Positions 40,701 to 53,189 of a DNA stretch of 64,000 nt are shown here, in pieces. The notes under the pieces are model-generated. The model was not told the DNA's origin, searched no databases, and worked only from the letters and a program-made list of their open reading frames with translations. The stretch spans positions 124,434,001-124,498,000 of the forward strand of contig NC_042998.1 in NCBI RefSeq assembly GCF_006345805.1, in the 5' to 3' direction. The DNA comes from Octopus sinensis. Taxonomy: Eukaryota. The translations under genes were made by a program, and so were the position numbers. Position 1 is the stretch's first letter. Each line of letters opens with the position of its first letter.

Positions 40701-41834
40701 TGTTTCTCTTCCCTTTCAGTCAAGTTTCCAAAGCTGCTGAAACCGCTCGAGACATTTATGGTGCATACGGAAATGCGGGTGTTACTGAACGAACGACACA
40801 TAAATTATTTCTACGATTCAAGTAGGGGAGAATCTGAGTCACAACCTCTCCGCGTTCCACCTAACATATTCTATTCAATGATAATAATTGAAGGAGCTCA
40901 TCTACTAGGATCCACGCCAGTCCACTAGGGAATTAGCCCAGCGAATAGAACCTCTTATGATACCATCACCTTTCACATTTGGTTGAAGGTTAATGTCCAA
41001 ACGACCTGACAGTTGACAGATCGTGCTTCTTCACACAACAACGCTTCCTCCCAGATCGCTATTTGATCAAAAATACTATTCACTGCTCACTTGGGGAGTT
41101 CTCTCGCACACTCATTATAAAGTCTTGAGATAGCGCCTTCAGATTTTCACCTTATTCATGTCGCTTCCCTTGGAAACTGAGGCGTTTGATTAAAAAAGTG
41201 GCGTTCTTAAGTGGCCTGATGAATTATTCGCGTCGAGACCTGGTGATTTCTACTGTTAAGGCATTGACAAGCCACTGGAGCGTTGGTAAGAAGTCGTGAA
41301 CAATGAAAAAGTATTATTGCCTGATTTGTTAGAATCGTTGATGAAAAGTAAGGATTATAATAATATTAAAATAAATGATAGTAAAAACGAACAAAATTAT
41401 CTGACAATAAAAATATTTATCGTATATATACTAGGAAATTAATATCAACTAGCAATATACTATCCCCTTACCGATTTACAAGGGAACATATAGTAGTTCA
41501 TGGCAGAAGGCATAAATTGAGGAATCAAGTATTATGCTACATTTAAATATCTCTGTTAACATTGTGAGTTAAAATCTTCCAGGTGTCAAATTTGTCTATT
41601 TCGATAAAAGAAGACCCAGTCAAGTATTGAAGTTTATCTAATCATCTAATTTATTCCCAGAAAATATCAGGCTTTGTACTTTGTAATAAACAGCTGCAGT
41701 ATTTGTTCCAATTCTTTATCTTCTGGGTTAAAAACTCACTGAAGCCAACTTTGTCTTCATCCCACTGTAACTTTCGAATACTGAATTCAGTATAATCAGC
41801 CTGTTATTGATATTATTACAATTTACAGTAAAAC

Positions 41835-42285
41835 GGCAAGCTGCCAAGATCGTTATTTTGCCAGCCAAAATACTTTGCAACATTTCTCTCGGCTTTACGT
41901 TCTGTATTCAAACATCGCCGAGGTCGAGTTTGCCTTTCATCCCTTCGGTGGCCATAAATTAAATACCAGTTGAGCAACTGGATTGATATAATCGATTCGC
42001 CCCCATCTCTTAAAATTTCAAACCTTGTGCCTATAGAAGAAAGGATTGATTACTAACGGTGAGGTAGCGGGCTGGTGGAATCGTTAGCGCGTCGAATATT
42101 AATGTCCAACGGCATTTCTACCGATTCTGTACCTTCTGAGCTCGAATTTGGCCAGGTCGAACTCGCCTTTCATTCTTTTTGGTTGGATAAAATAAGCAAC
42201 AGTTGAGCACTAAGATCGATGTACTTGACCATCCCTCGCTAACTAAAATTGCTGGCGTTTTTTCAAATATTTGAAACCATGATTA
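41835..42285 (+). mobile_element. Two adjacent diverged SINE family A copies (41835-42050, 42058-42285)
   Basis: Each shows the head, the GCCTTTCAT core and the tail ending in ..GAAACC/GAAAGGATT. Confidence 0.7.
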
Positions 42286-43214
42286 TACTGCTAAGCCACT
42301 AAATCTTTAAATTTGTGCTTGCCATATTCTTGCCAAAAAATGGTACTGTGATATTGTTGGAGCATTAAATTAACTGCAGGTTGACTAAATATGTTAAATA
42401 CGAGTTGTTTACTCTTCACTGAAAGTCACTGTATTGAAATGTTTAAATCTTGACGAATCAAGTAATCTGTCATAATTTGTAGTCTGAGAACATTAGTTAA
42501 TTAGTGGAACAAGTTCAAAGATTTATATCATAATAAGCATTCTAAGGCTTAGAACTTTGTTTGATAATTTCAGTTTGATCTACATCTATTAAACTGCACG
42601 TGACGAAAACTCAAGGAATTAAGATCTCCTGCTGAGCAGTAAGTTAAAATATGCCGTTAAGTATGTCCTATACAAGGTAACTTTTAAAATATCTTTTATT
42701 GGGTAGCTTCGGTTGCTTAATAGATAACTGGAGCAAAACGTTCTGAAAAAGTGTTATTAATATTTTAGATTACAGTTTTTATTCTAACCTCAACCCCGAA
42801 ATTGTGACAAAGAAGTAATTGACAAAATTCTAAAACAGCTACATAATTTTAAATACCGATAAAAGTACAGGAATTTGTATGTTATTGCTTGATGTATAAG
42901 GAAGATAAAGATATATTCAGTAAGTCCTCTTCGGATTTGATGGAGACCATAGGGTACGGGTCAATTTTAAAGGTCAAAAATAGGTCAAGACTTTAGAAAG
43001 AATGGGTAGAGTGTTAGTGAATAAGTGTCCGAAGATATAAGATACAGTTTGATAAATGAGAATATCATTTAAAATGTCAACAGAAGACAAGTTGGCAACT
43101 GTTCATATATGTTTATAAACAAACTTGATGTGCTGAACATTTACAACAGAATATATACATTTTAATCTCCCCAACACATATTGATCATTTTGGTATTGTT
43201 AATGAGCGTTCAGA

Positions 43215-43295
43215 TGACGATGAGGATGATGACGATGATGACGACGACGACGACGACGATGAGGATGATGATGATGATGTTGATGATGATGATGG
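43215..43295. repeat. (GAT/GAC)n trinucleotide repeat
   Basis: Direct reading. Confidence 0.9.
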
Positions 43296-43532
43296 TAATA
43301 TTAATTTAAATAATAAAAATTGTTACAAATTTTGGCACAAGACCAGCAATTTTATGGAAGGGTGTAGCCGGTTGCAGTACTTGATTAATACTTTGTTTTA
43401 TGGAACTCGGAGGGATAAAAGTCAGTGTTGACCGCAACGAAATTTAAACGTAAAGAACCGGACGAAATGCCGCTAAGCATTATAGTATTTTCTCTGATTC
43501 GCTAATTGTTCTGCCAGATAACTACTTTAATG

Positions 43533-43565
<33 letters not shown>

Positions 43566-43602
43566 TAATAATAATAATAATAATATAATAATAATAATAA
43601 TA

Positions 43603-43658
<56 letters not shown>
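43533..43658. repeat. (AAT)n joined head-to-head to (ATT)n
   Basis: AAT run 43533-43603, then ATT run 43604-43658. Confidence 0.9.
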
Positions 43659-43663
43659 GATAT

Positions 43664-44045
43664 TCTCTTTGTTACAGGTTTTGTTGGAACTCCTGGAGTC
43701 TTGCATGCATAGTGGGTTTACTACCTGCGGCCTACGGTACCATGCCATTTGTTCGTTTCAGGTATCTAATACTTTCCTGAGTATTCTGGCCATGCCAAGG
43801 AGGCAAACCCTTGTAACAGTTCTACTGAGCACTCTATTCCAATTTCCTTTATATTCCTCTTGATGCCTTATGATACTGTTCTCAAGGACCCAACAATAAT
43901 TAGCACTATCTTCACATTCTTCATTAGCTGGACGAATTCGTATTTAAGAGGGTTGTATTTCTCTATGTTTTCGCCTTCCTTCTTGACTATTCGTGGGTCA
44001 AAGGGGCATACAACATCAACTATGTAGTATATGGCTGAGACTCCA
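43664..44045 (-). mobile_element. 5'-truncated Dong/R4-like LINE 3' end (second subfamily)
   Basis: Minus strand ..IGIECSVELLQ..CLLGMARILRKVLDT* plus 3' UTR GGAGTTCCAACAAAACC, followed by (AAT)n. Homologous to 50973-51400. Confidence 0.75.
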
Positions 44046-44097
44046 GTTAGTGTTTATTATTATTATTATCATCATTATTATTATTATTATTATTATT

Positions 44098-47000
44098 CTA
44101 TGTTTGACTTTTGCTTTATATTTGTACAAGTTGGCTCCAAGTCTCACCCAGAGACCTCAAGAGACAACAGGGTTGGAAGTTCATGTTGTTGTTATGCCTA
44201 GTGTGCCATATATTTGGGGGGTGGGGATGTTGTACTAATGAATGTCTAAAAAAAAAAGTTTTTTTTTTTTTTTTTTTTTTTAAACCGAAAATTATGGTTG
44301 TTTTAAACCTTGAGGTTACATAGAGAGTATTTTGCGTAGGATATGAGCAGTTCCCATGAGCACTATCTTTTGAACTTCTGCCATTTTTGGGTTTCCTGGT
44401 ATCTGAGTTAGGTAGCTATCAGCCCCTTTTGCTATCATTCCCAGGGCACCTATGACAACAGGTATTGTTTTAGTCTTCAGCTTCCACATTTTGCTGATTT
44501 CTATTTCAAGATCTTTATATTTGCTCAGTTTTTGGTAGGTCCTGACAGATACGTTTATATCGATTGGGACAGTCATATCAATGAGGAGGCATGTTCTTTG
44601 TTTGAAGTCTTTCAATATGATGTCTGGCCTATTTGCATCTATCTTCCTGTCAGTTTGAATGGTGAAGTTCCAGAGGAGTGAGATGTGGTCATTTTCAAGC
44701 ACTGGAGGTGGTTTGTGTTCCCACCAGTTTTTTTAATGGGGCAAATCCAGGTTTTTACAGATTACCCAGTGGATATATTGTGCAGCTCTATCGTGCCTGT
44801 TGAGATACTCTGTAGGCGCTAGAAGACTGCACTTGGAGACCACATGGTCAATGGTTTCATTTTGTTGCTTGCATACACGACACGTTGGACTGCTTCTGAT
44901 CTTTAATATGTTGGCCTGGTAGTTTCTTGTTGGTAGGCATTGATCTTGAGCTGCTATGATAAACCCCTCTGTTTCAGATTTTAAGCCAGAGGCCATTAGC
45001 CATTGATGGGTCAGGGCTTTGTCGATATCTGCATTATTCGCTCTCTTTGGGTATTTGCCGTAGAGAGGTTTTTCTTGCCATTTATTATTCAGAATATCTA
45101 AGGCCGCAGTTTTGGCACGGGTTTTCATGCGCCTAGCTTTTTCTGTGCTTGTTTCTTGTATGTCTATCTCTAATTCCGAAATTGGTTGTATTCGGAATTC
45201 ACTTAGATATTCCTTTGCCTGTTTTGTGACTGAGTATGATGCTTTCTTGTTTTCATGGTTTGAGACAAGTTTTAACATCCAGTCCTCAGAGTTTTTCAGG
45301 TAGGTGTCTAGGCCAATTGTAGCAATCTTCATTGTTATTGCCAGTTGCAAAAGACCACGGCCTCCCTCTTTTCTTGGCAGATAGAGTCGTTCTGTATCTG
45401 CCTTAGGGTGGTGCATTCTATGCATTGTCAACAGTTTCCTTATTTTTCTGTCGAGCTGACATATTTCAGTAATTGACCAGTTAACAATATTGAAACTGTA
45501 AGTCACGACTGGTATAGCTAATGCATTGATTGCTTCGATCCTGTTTCTTGCATTCAGCTCTGTCTTGAGTATTGCTCTCACTCTTCGATAGCATTCTCTC
45601 CTGATCCTTTCCTTCATCTCTGAATGCCTTATTCCGTTCCCTTCAATTACCCCTAGGTACTTGTAGCTCTCCGCTGGATCTAGTTCTTTTATGACATTCT
45701 GTTGGTCAAGGTTAACGTTAGATGTTTCTGTCATTTTTCCTTTGATAAAGGTAGCCTTTGCACATTTATCGAGGCCGAATTGCATTCTGATGTCGTCACT
45801 GAATTGTTTGACTATCGCTAGTAAGCCCTTGAGTTGTTGATCATTTTTTGCAAAAAGCTTTAAATCATCCATGTAAACGAGATGATTTATATTTTTATCA
45901 AACATTTTATACCCGTACTGCGCGTCATTGAGCAGCTTTGAGAGAGGTATTAAGGATAAACAAAAGAGGAGTGGTGACAGTGAGTCACCCTGGAAAATGC
46001 CACACGAAATTTTTACATCACCAGCATTTAGGGATTCACTGTCACTGTTCAGAGTTAGTGTGGTTCTCCATGATCTCATACTTAGTCAAGAAGTTTCGCA
46101 GAGTTGGTGCTATCTTATACATTTCAAGGCATTTCCTAATCCAGCTATGTGGTAGGCTATCAAAAGCCTTTTTATAGTCTATCCAGGCTATTGATAAGTT
46201 TTTGTGTCGTTTGTGACAATCTTCTAAGATCATCTTATTGATGAGTAGTGGTCTTTACAGCCGTAGGATCCACGTTTACATCATTCTGTTCATTAGGGAA
46301 TATGCTGCTGTCTGTTAAAAAACTATAGGTATATTCCGTCAGGACAGATGTTAGAGTTGTGTACATAGTTGTTAAGCAGGTTATGGGTCTATAGTTTTTT
46401 GGTTCATTTGTTTCTTCACTTTTTGGAAGCAGGAATGTTAACCCATTAACTAGCCAAGGAGGCATCCTACTAGGGTGTTGCAGAACATCATTGTACAGTT
46501 CTGTTAGCAGTTCATGGCTCTCTGGGAAGGCATTCAGCCAGAAGTTAAGAATTTTATCCTTTCCTGGAGACTTCCATTTGCTTGACCTCCTGAGAGCAGA
46601 TCTTATATCTTCTACCTTGACACCCTCCCACGTTTGCTCTTCTAAGGGGTCCAGTTCTGTAGATATTCTGTCAATCCAGGGGGCCTTTTCGTTGTGTGTT
46701 TTTTCTTCTGCCCAGATTTATTCCAAAATCTCTGCACTTCTTCTTTTGATGGTACAGACCCTGCAGTAAACGCTGTTTTTCCTATCTTCCTGTAAAAATT
46801 CTTGGTGTTATTTTTGAACATGTTGTTGTCCTTGAAAAATCTAACACGCTTTTCATACCTCGCTATGCGGGTAGCTTTGGCAGATACCTTTTGTTTGATG
46901 GTTTCTATGGTGGAATCAATATCAAGTATAGTTTTCATATTGTATTTTTTCAGTAATTTTTGGGTTTTTGTAGGTTTGGTAGTCTTGTGAGCCTTAAGGC

Positions 47001-47122
47001 TTTTCAAATATTCAATGTCAGATCTAAATACTTTAATTTGTTGTTGCAGACGCTCTTGCCAAGAAGGCTTTTTGTGGGACTGTTGCCGTTTTCTAATCTT
47101 TACACCACATAGGATCGTTGAG
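44098..47122 (-). mobile_element. 5'-truncated Dong/R4-clade non-LTR retrotransposon (RT + CCHC + REL endonuclease) in (TAA)n
   Basis: NYRPITCL, AWIDYKKAFDS, GIFQGDSLSPLLF, HLVYMDDLKLF, HPKADTERLYLPRKEGGRGL, CRVCKQQNETIDHVVSKC, RPDIIL..CLLIDMTVP..KYKDL (PD..D/E REL motif), IPVVIGALG. (AAT)n lies on both flanks. About 4 frameshifts. Confidence 0.92.
44733..46079 (-). pseudogene. Largest open block (448 aa) of the LINE ORF: RT C-terminal half, thumb and CCHC finger
   Basis: ORF track entry 44733-46079 with the RT motifs QGDSLSP and YMDD. Confidence 0.9.
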
Positions 47123-47168
<46 letters not shown>

Positions 47169-47182
47169 TATTATTATTATTA

Positions 47183-47385
47183 TTACCTTAGCCTTAACGA
47201 AGATGGAGGTATTGTTTTCAGCTATGTTTGTTTGTTTGTCCGTAGACAACATATCTCAAGAAACACTGGATGGATGCGGATGAACTTTTCAGTGTTGTAT
47301 GGCCTCGTGACTGGTACGAACTGATTAGATTTTGAGATCGATCCGGTTCCGGGCAAGGATTCTGGATTATTTGTTATGTTTACTT
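47183..47385 (-). mobile_element. Helentron-type HINE, 3' part
   Basis: Reverse complement of 4700-4918, with a degenerate terminal hairpin (TACC..CC...GGAGGTA). Confidence 0.7.
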
Positions 47386-47734
47386 TACTTTAATGGAAGT
47401 ATTAAGATTTTACGTTGATCTTCTCTGATTATCTCCCTTGAAAGCACGCTCATGTTTCCACGTAAATTATGGCGGCGTTGCTGTTTCCAAAGTTTTCTTT
47501 TCGTTTCTCTATTATTAATTTTACTCGCGTCTCTACTCGTATCTTAATAGAAATTGATGGATAAAGAAATCAAGCTGCATAACTAAATGGCAGCAAAACC
47601 GTTCAGAGATTAAATAACACTAACATATTCAGTAAGAATAATAAATATACTTCATCCTCGACAATTTTTAATTTTACCAATTTTAGATATATCCTACTGT
47701 TTAAAACCTTTTACCCACTTGGCAATTACATTTC

Positions 47735-48000
47735 TTGTTCTGCCTTGAAGGAAACTTTACCTCTTGGACACACGTTTTAGTGCGCAATGATGTTGTTAAG
47801 CCTCCGTTAACAGTACCGTATTTCCATTTTCTTTCACGCACGGATACATTTTTCACTACAGATCTCAATGGTCGTAAAGACACTATATCAGTCGATAGAC
47901 TAAAAAAAGGGATTCATAGAGAAAACTGACCCTGTTCCCTCTGCAGACGACACTCACACAGCATTACAAACACGGTCCGCACACCTACCTTCACATTCCA
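47735..48000 (+). mobile_element. Gypsy/Ty3 integrase C-terminal fragment
   Basis: THVLVRNDVVKPPLTVPY..HFLSRTDTFFTTDLNGRKDTISVDRLK resembles the GPY/F module (PPYDGPF..R..K.F..D.NG....VSIDRLK). Confidence 0.7.
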
Positions 48001-48011
48001 TGACTACCATT

Positions 48012-48195
48012 GGGACGATCTTGTACCGGACAAGGATTCTCGGTTATTTTTTCGGTTTCTTTGTTTACTTAATTTTCGAGAGCGGTCATGTTCATTTTTA
48101 GTATTCTCGTTTGTGAGATCAGTCGAATTTATTTCAGATATTCTCATTTTAAAAATCATATCCAGCTAATCGTTGAGAGGACGTCGGCGCTGTCG
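48012..48195 (-). mobile_element. Helentron-type HINE, middle to 5' part, ending at the Tx1-like junction
   Basis: Reverse complement of 4590-4770 (GAGAATACTAAAAATGAAC, CTCTCAACGATTAGCTGGA). Confidence 0.8.
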
Positions 48196-49853
48196 TTAGA
48201 GTTTCTTTTTTTTCGAATCATTTGATTCCGAGCTGTGTTAGAAGTGTGTTCGCTCCATGTGAGTTTTGCTGTATTGTATTGTTAATTTACTGAATTGTTG
48301 AACTGTTATTAACTGGAATTATTGAAACTGTTGTTGTTAACTGGCTTTTATTTTTTCTCGTAATACTGTCATGGATAGTAAACCATCGGGCAGTTACGCT
48401 GCGGTGACTAGCAAAAGCCTGTCAGTAGAGGTAGTCCAGGTCCGTGATATTGAATTAAAGGAGAATTTTAAAAAAAATATAGCGGTTTGCTGAAGAAGAG
48501 AGGACAGCTTGATGTTGACGCCCCCTAAAGAAATACTTGAAAAAAACTGAAAAAAAGGACAATTATTTATAGATCGTTGAATGTAGCAACGAAAAAAGAT
48601 GAAGTGGCAGCGGAGGAAGCGGTAGAGAAATGCCTTCGAGAGACAAAGCTTATAATGACATATTACACCAGAGGAAAGAAATACGGCACAGTGGAGGTAC
48701 GCTTCGTAAGCGAAGAAGAAGCGAGGAAATACCCTAACACTTTGAGATTAGCCGAGTGGGCACTGCTATATCGTCCTCGATATATTCAATACCTGAGTGT
48801 TACAGAGGATGGCTGCAACCAGTCACGCCTCATCAATTTCTGGGGGCATTGTAACTATTCTTACTCTGGCCGCACGTTTGCGCTGGAGGTGTTGATCCAT
48901 ATCAGCCTGCCGGGCCTCCACAAAATTGCGGAAGAGCTGGTGGTAACAGTTGAGACAAGATTAAGAATCGTGGTGGAAGGGAGACCTCCGATATGTTATT
49001 TATATGGAGTAAGGGGACACATGAAGGCAAAGTGTCCCCAGAAACATGAACAGGGGGAGGCGGAAAAGGAGCGTCAGGGAGAAGGTGCAACAGCGAAGGA
49101 GGCGGAAATGGGGATAAAATATACAATGGTAGAAAGAAAGAGGAGTAATGTGGAATCTCCACCTAAAAGCCCGAAGAAGAAAAGGAAGACAGAGGAGAAC
49201 AAGAACGAGAAAAGAAGGAATTGCCTTCAACTATCAAGGAGGAGGAAGGACGAAAGAAGAAGAGACATGTAAGTGAGAAGGAAGGATAAATAGAGACGGG
49301 AATACCAGTAACAGGGGAAAAGAGTGGTGAGGAACAGCAGAGAGAGCCACCGAAGGGGAAATATGAAAGAACTATGATAAATTACAATAAAAGTGCTCAG
49401 ATAGGAGAGAAAATTTCAAAAATGAAACATGTAATAAGGGTTAAAGTGGCTGACAATGAGTACAATGAGAAAACGGTACTGTTGGAGGAATAAAGATCAA
49501 GAAGGTGGCAGAAAATATTTGGCGATAGAATAGTAATAACAAGAATTCGATTTCGTTACGATGAATTGCCACCAGTGGTAATATTTGATTATTTGATGAA
49601 ACATATATGTGACTTTGTATTGATTTTTAAACAAAATGAAAACTAACAAGATACAAGACTGATAAGTACACACTTTATTTAAAAACAGTAAAATGAAACT
49701 TCTTGCTAATGGAGGCAAGTAAGACATTCCATCTTCATTTTCATTTATATTTATAATTCATTCGTTATGTTTTTATGTACCCCAATGTGTTGTTTTGTCT
49801 GTCTTTTGTGTTGTCCTTTCTCTATGAGGCCGTGTGCCTAATTAAAGAAATAA
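48180..49853 (+). mobile_element. L1/Tx1-type element with ORF1 only, copy 1 (5' UTR, ORF1, 3' end)
   Basis: ATG at 48371 (MDSKPSGSYAAVT). RRM-like YTRGKKYGTVEVRFVSEEEARK. RIVVEGRPPICYLYGVRGHMKAKCP is a decayed CX2CX4HX4C knuckle. Basic KSPKKKRK. Ends ..GTCCTTTCTCTATGAGGCCGTGTGCCTAATTAAAGAAATAA. No EN/RT motifs seen. Confidence 0.7.
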
Positions 49854-50900
49854 GGACGTCGGTGTTGTCGTTAGTGCTTTATTTGATTAGTGAGTTGGAA
49901 GTGTATACGCTCCTTATGAGTACTGTTTACGTTTGACTGTTATTTATTGAATTATTGGAGTCTGTTGAACTTGTTGCTACCGTTTTGTTTTATTTTCTTC
50001 CCCATTTATGGGTGAGGTAGTGAATAATATGGACAGTATACCAGTGCAAGCGGGCAGTTATGGTGCGGTGACTGGCAAAAGCCTGTCAGCGGAGGTACTG
50101 CAGGTTACAGAAATTAAATTACAGGAAAAAACTTCAAACAATACAATAATTTATTAAGAAAGGAGGGAGATAGCCTGAGGTTGACACCACCCAAAGAAGT
50201 AACAGATAAAATGGAGATGGTAACAATTGTGTACAGAACATTAAAAATTGCAGCGGTAGAGGTGGTCGATGAGGACCTCAGAGAAATTAAGAGCGTAACG
50301 ACGTTCTACATCAGAGGAAGGAAATACGGCACAGTGGAGGTACGCTTCGTGAATGAACAAGAAGCAAGAAAATAGTCCACCGTGCCTTTGAAATCGGCAG
50401 AGTGAGCGCTGCTACCGACTTACTGTGGCAAACGTGCGGCCGGAGTAAGAATAGGTAGCGTTCCCCCAGAAATTGATGAGGCGTGGCTAGTAGCAGCCAT
50501 TCTCTTCAACACAGAGGAAGACATGAAGATAATGAAAATAACAAGAACTACGGAGATGAACTGCTGAGGGTATGGAGTAGAGGTGTTGGTCTATATAAGC
50601 TTTCCAGACCTCCACAAGCGTACCTCCACTGTGCCGTATTCCGGACCTCCATGTGAGTACTGTCATTGCCGGACAAATCATGGATAGTGGTGGAAGGGAG
50701 ATCGCCTGTATGTTTTTTTTGTGGAGTAAGGGGACACATGAAAGCAAGGTGTCCCCAGCAACAGGAAAAGGAAGTAGAACAAGAGAAGCAGGAAGGGGAA
50801 CAAAGAGCGTAGGTACAAATGCAAGTAAGCGAAAAGATAGAAAATGTAGGAGAAAAGTATACAGTTGGAAAAGGAAAGAAAAAAGAGAAGAAAACGTTAA
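49854..50900 (+). mobile_element. L1/Tx1-type ORF1 element, copy 2 (3'-truncated)
   Basis: ATG at 50029 (MDSIPVQAGSYGAVTG). YIRGRKYGTVEVRFVNEQEARK. Intact knuckle PVCFFCGVRGHMKARCP at 50705-50755. Cut by (ATT)n and a Dong-like LINE. Confidence 0.75.
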
Positions 50901-50953
<53 letters not shown>

Positions 50954-50972
50954 TATTATTTATTTATTTATT
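50900..50972. repeat. (ATT)n microsatellite
   Basis: Direct reading. Confidence 0.95.
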
Positions 50973-52093
50973 CTCTTAACTCAGGTTTTCTTGGAACTCC
51001 AGCAATCTTACATGAGTGGCGACCTTACCCTGTTTCTCTTCAACTATCTAGGACTTACCTGATAATTTTTGCTGTGCCAAGGACCTAACTATTTTGTAAC
51101 AGTTCTACTGAGCACTCTATATCCATTTTCTTTATGGTCCTGTTGATATCTTTTGATACTGCCCCTACGACCTCGACAATACTCGGCACTATCTTCGCCA
51201 TTTCGTATTTAAGAGGACTGCTGATTTCTACTTTTTCGTCTCCCTTCTTAACTATACGTGCATCAAACGGGCATGCACCATCAATTACGGAGCACGTGTT
51301 ATCTATTTTATCAGCCAGCACTAAGTTCTGTCTCTTGTGCTCAAGCAGTTGGCCTGTTTGAGTTAAGAAATCCGACATTCACTCATTGTAGCTTGTGGCC
51401 TTACCATGTCTCACTTTTTCTAATTTCCACTTTTCACTCAGGTTCCAAAGTAAAAATGTTGCTATCTTCTTATGTCACCACAATCTGTAATGGTTTCGGG
51501 TAAGTTTAAGATGTTCATTTACAATATGGGTAATGGTTTCAATCAAACTTATTGCATATTCGGCACAACATAGTCATTTGCTCATTTCTGACCATTTGTG
51601 ACAAACGCTTGCCCTTGTGCTGTAAGTAAAGTTCTCTCAGTATCATTTTTAAGTGTTTCTTTCTTTAACCACCCCTACCTATGTTCTCCACCAATTTCTG
51701 AGTTGTCCACATAAAAAAAAAACATGTGTAAACCCTTCTGAGTAGTGCTTCTTCATGTACATTTTGTACTCCTTTTGTTTTCTCCTTTTCTTCCGCTTTC
51801 AATATGCCCTCTTCTCTTACTAGTAAGGTCTCCTTAATTTGGTTTAGATATCGCAGCAAATGCCTGTGTTTAACATGCACACATTCTCCCATACGTATCG
51901 GAATCCTACTAATATATGCTCCCTTTATGTATAAACGATCGATGTCTCCATGTGGACGTTGGTCTCCATGAATGTTTAGAAGCTTTCTTGTTTTCCTGTC
52001 CAACTCCTTTAACTCATCCTCTGTTTCAGAATTCCTACTCCATACTGAACCACTGCAACATCGCGTCTTAAAGAAGAGCAACAATAAAGGCAA
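50973..52093 (-). mobile_element. Decayed 5'-truncated Dong/R4-like LINE
   Basis: ELKELDRKTRKLLNIHG..DIDRLY; PDLVL..CSVIDGACPFD; LKYEMAK; IECSVELLQ. The 3' end abuts (AAT)n. Confidence 0.8.
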
Positions 52094-52399
52094 AATTCCG
52101 CTCTTGCAGCGTTAGTTTCAACAACAGAGAGAAAGACAGAGACAGAGATATAGAGAGAGAGAGAGAAAGAGAGGTGGAACAGCAAATTTGCCGTCACCTA
52201 GAGCTATGGCAGCAACACCAACAAGTACAACAGTGGTTGCATAACTAATAAGATCGCCGGATACGAGAACAACAAAAGCGGCTGAGACAACAACATCATC
52301 AACTCCAGTATATACATCATCACCAACAGCAACAAGAAAAATAATGGAAAGAACCTTTAGAGCCCCCACTCTCTCAAACACTCACATACAGACAGTCAT

Positions 52400-53189
52400 A
52401 CGAACATAAACACATTCTCACACTCCTAAAATGCAAGAAACACTCTTTGGCCGCTAATTTCACTCTGATAAGGTTCTTCATCATAGCAATTCTCTTCTCT
52501 ATCTCTACACTATTTGGGTATTGCCCTATTGTTCTTATGTTTTTCCTTTTGGATGCCACGTCTCATCAATTTCTGGGGAAACTATACCTATTCTTACTCT
52601 GGCCGCACGTTTGCCACAGTAAGTCGGTAGCAGCGCCCACTCTGCTGATCTCAAAGGCACAGTGGAGCAATTCCTCGCTTCCTTCTCACTCACGAAGCGC
52701 ACCTCCACTGTGCCGCACTTCCCTCCTCCGGTGCAGAACGTCGCTACGTTCATAACCTCTCTGAGGCCCCCCTCGAACGCCTTCATCAGCTGCCACTTCC
52801 ACCCTTCTCGATGCAATCTCCAATGCTCTGTACACAACTGCTACCTTCTCTGTTCCACCTGCCACCCCGCTCGGGGGCGTCAACTTCAGGCCACCTCCCT
52901 CCCCTCCCAATAAATCGCTGAACCCTTTAAAGCTTCTCTCCTGCAATCCAAACTGTGCAACTTGCAGTCCCTCCGCTTACCAGCTCCACCCAGTCAGCGC
53001 GGCACAACTGCCCGCCTGCACTGGTGCACTCCACACTATTCACCACCTCACCTATAAATGGGGAAGAAAATTTTAAAATGGCAACAACAATCCAACAATT
53101 TAAGAAACAGCAGTAAAATCAAAAACAAAGAGCACACACCCCTACAAGTTACCAACTCAACAAAGCATTAACGACAACGCCGACGTTCT
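52400..53189 (-). mobile_element. L1/Tx1-type ORF1 element, copy 3 (inverted, 3'-truncated)
   Basis: GGKCGTVEVRFVSEKEARNCSTVPLRSAEWALLPTYCGKRAARVRIG; the 5' UTR is alignable to copy 2. Confidence 0.75.

Noticed and set aside
45112-46990. Plus-strand ORFs overlapping the LINE
   Set aside because: Antisense shadows of the retrotransposon ORF.
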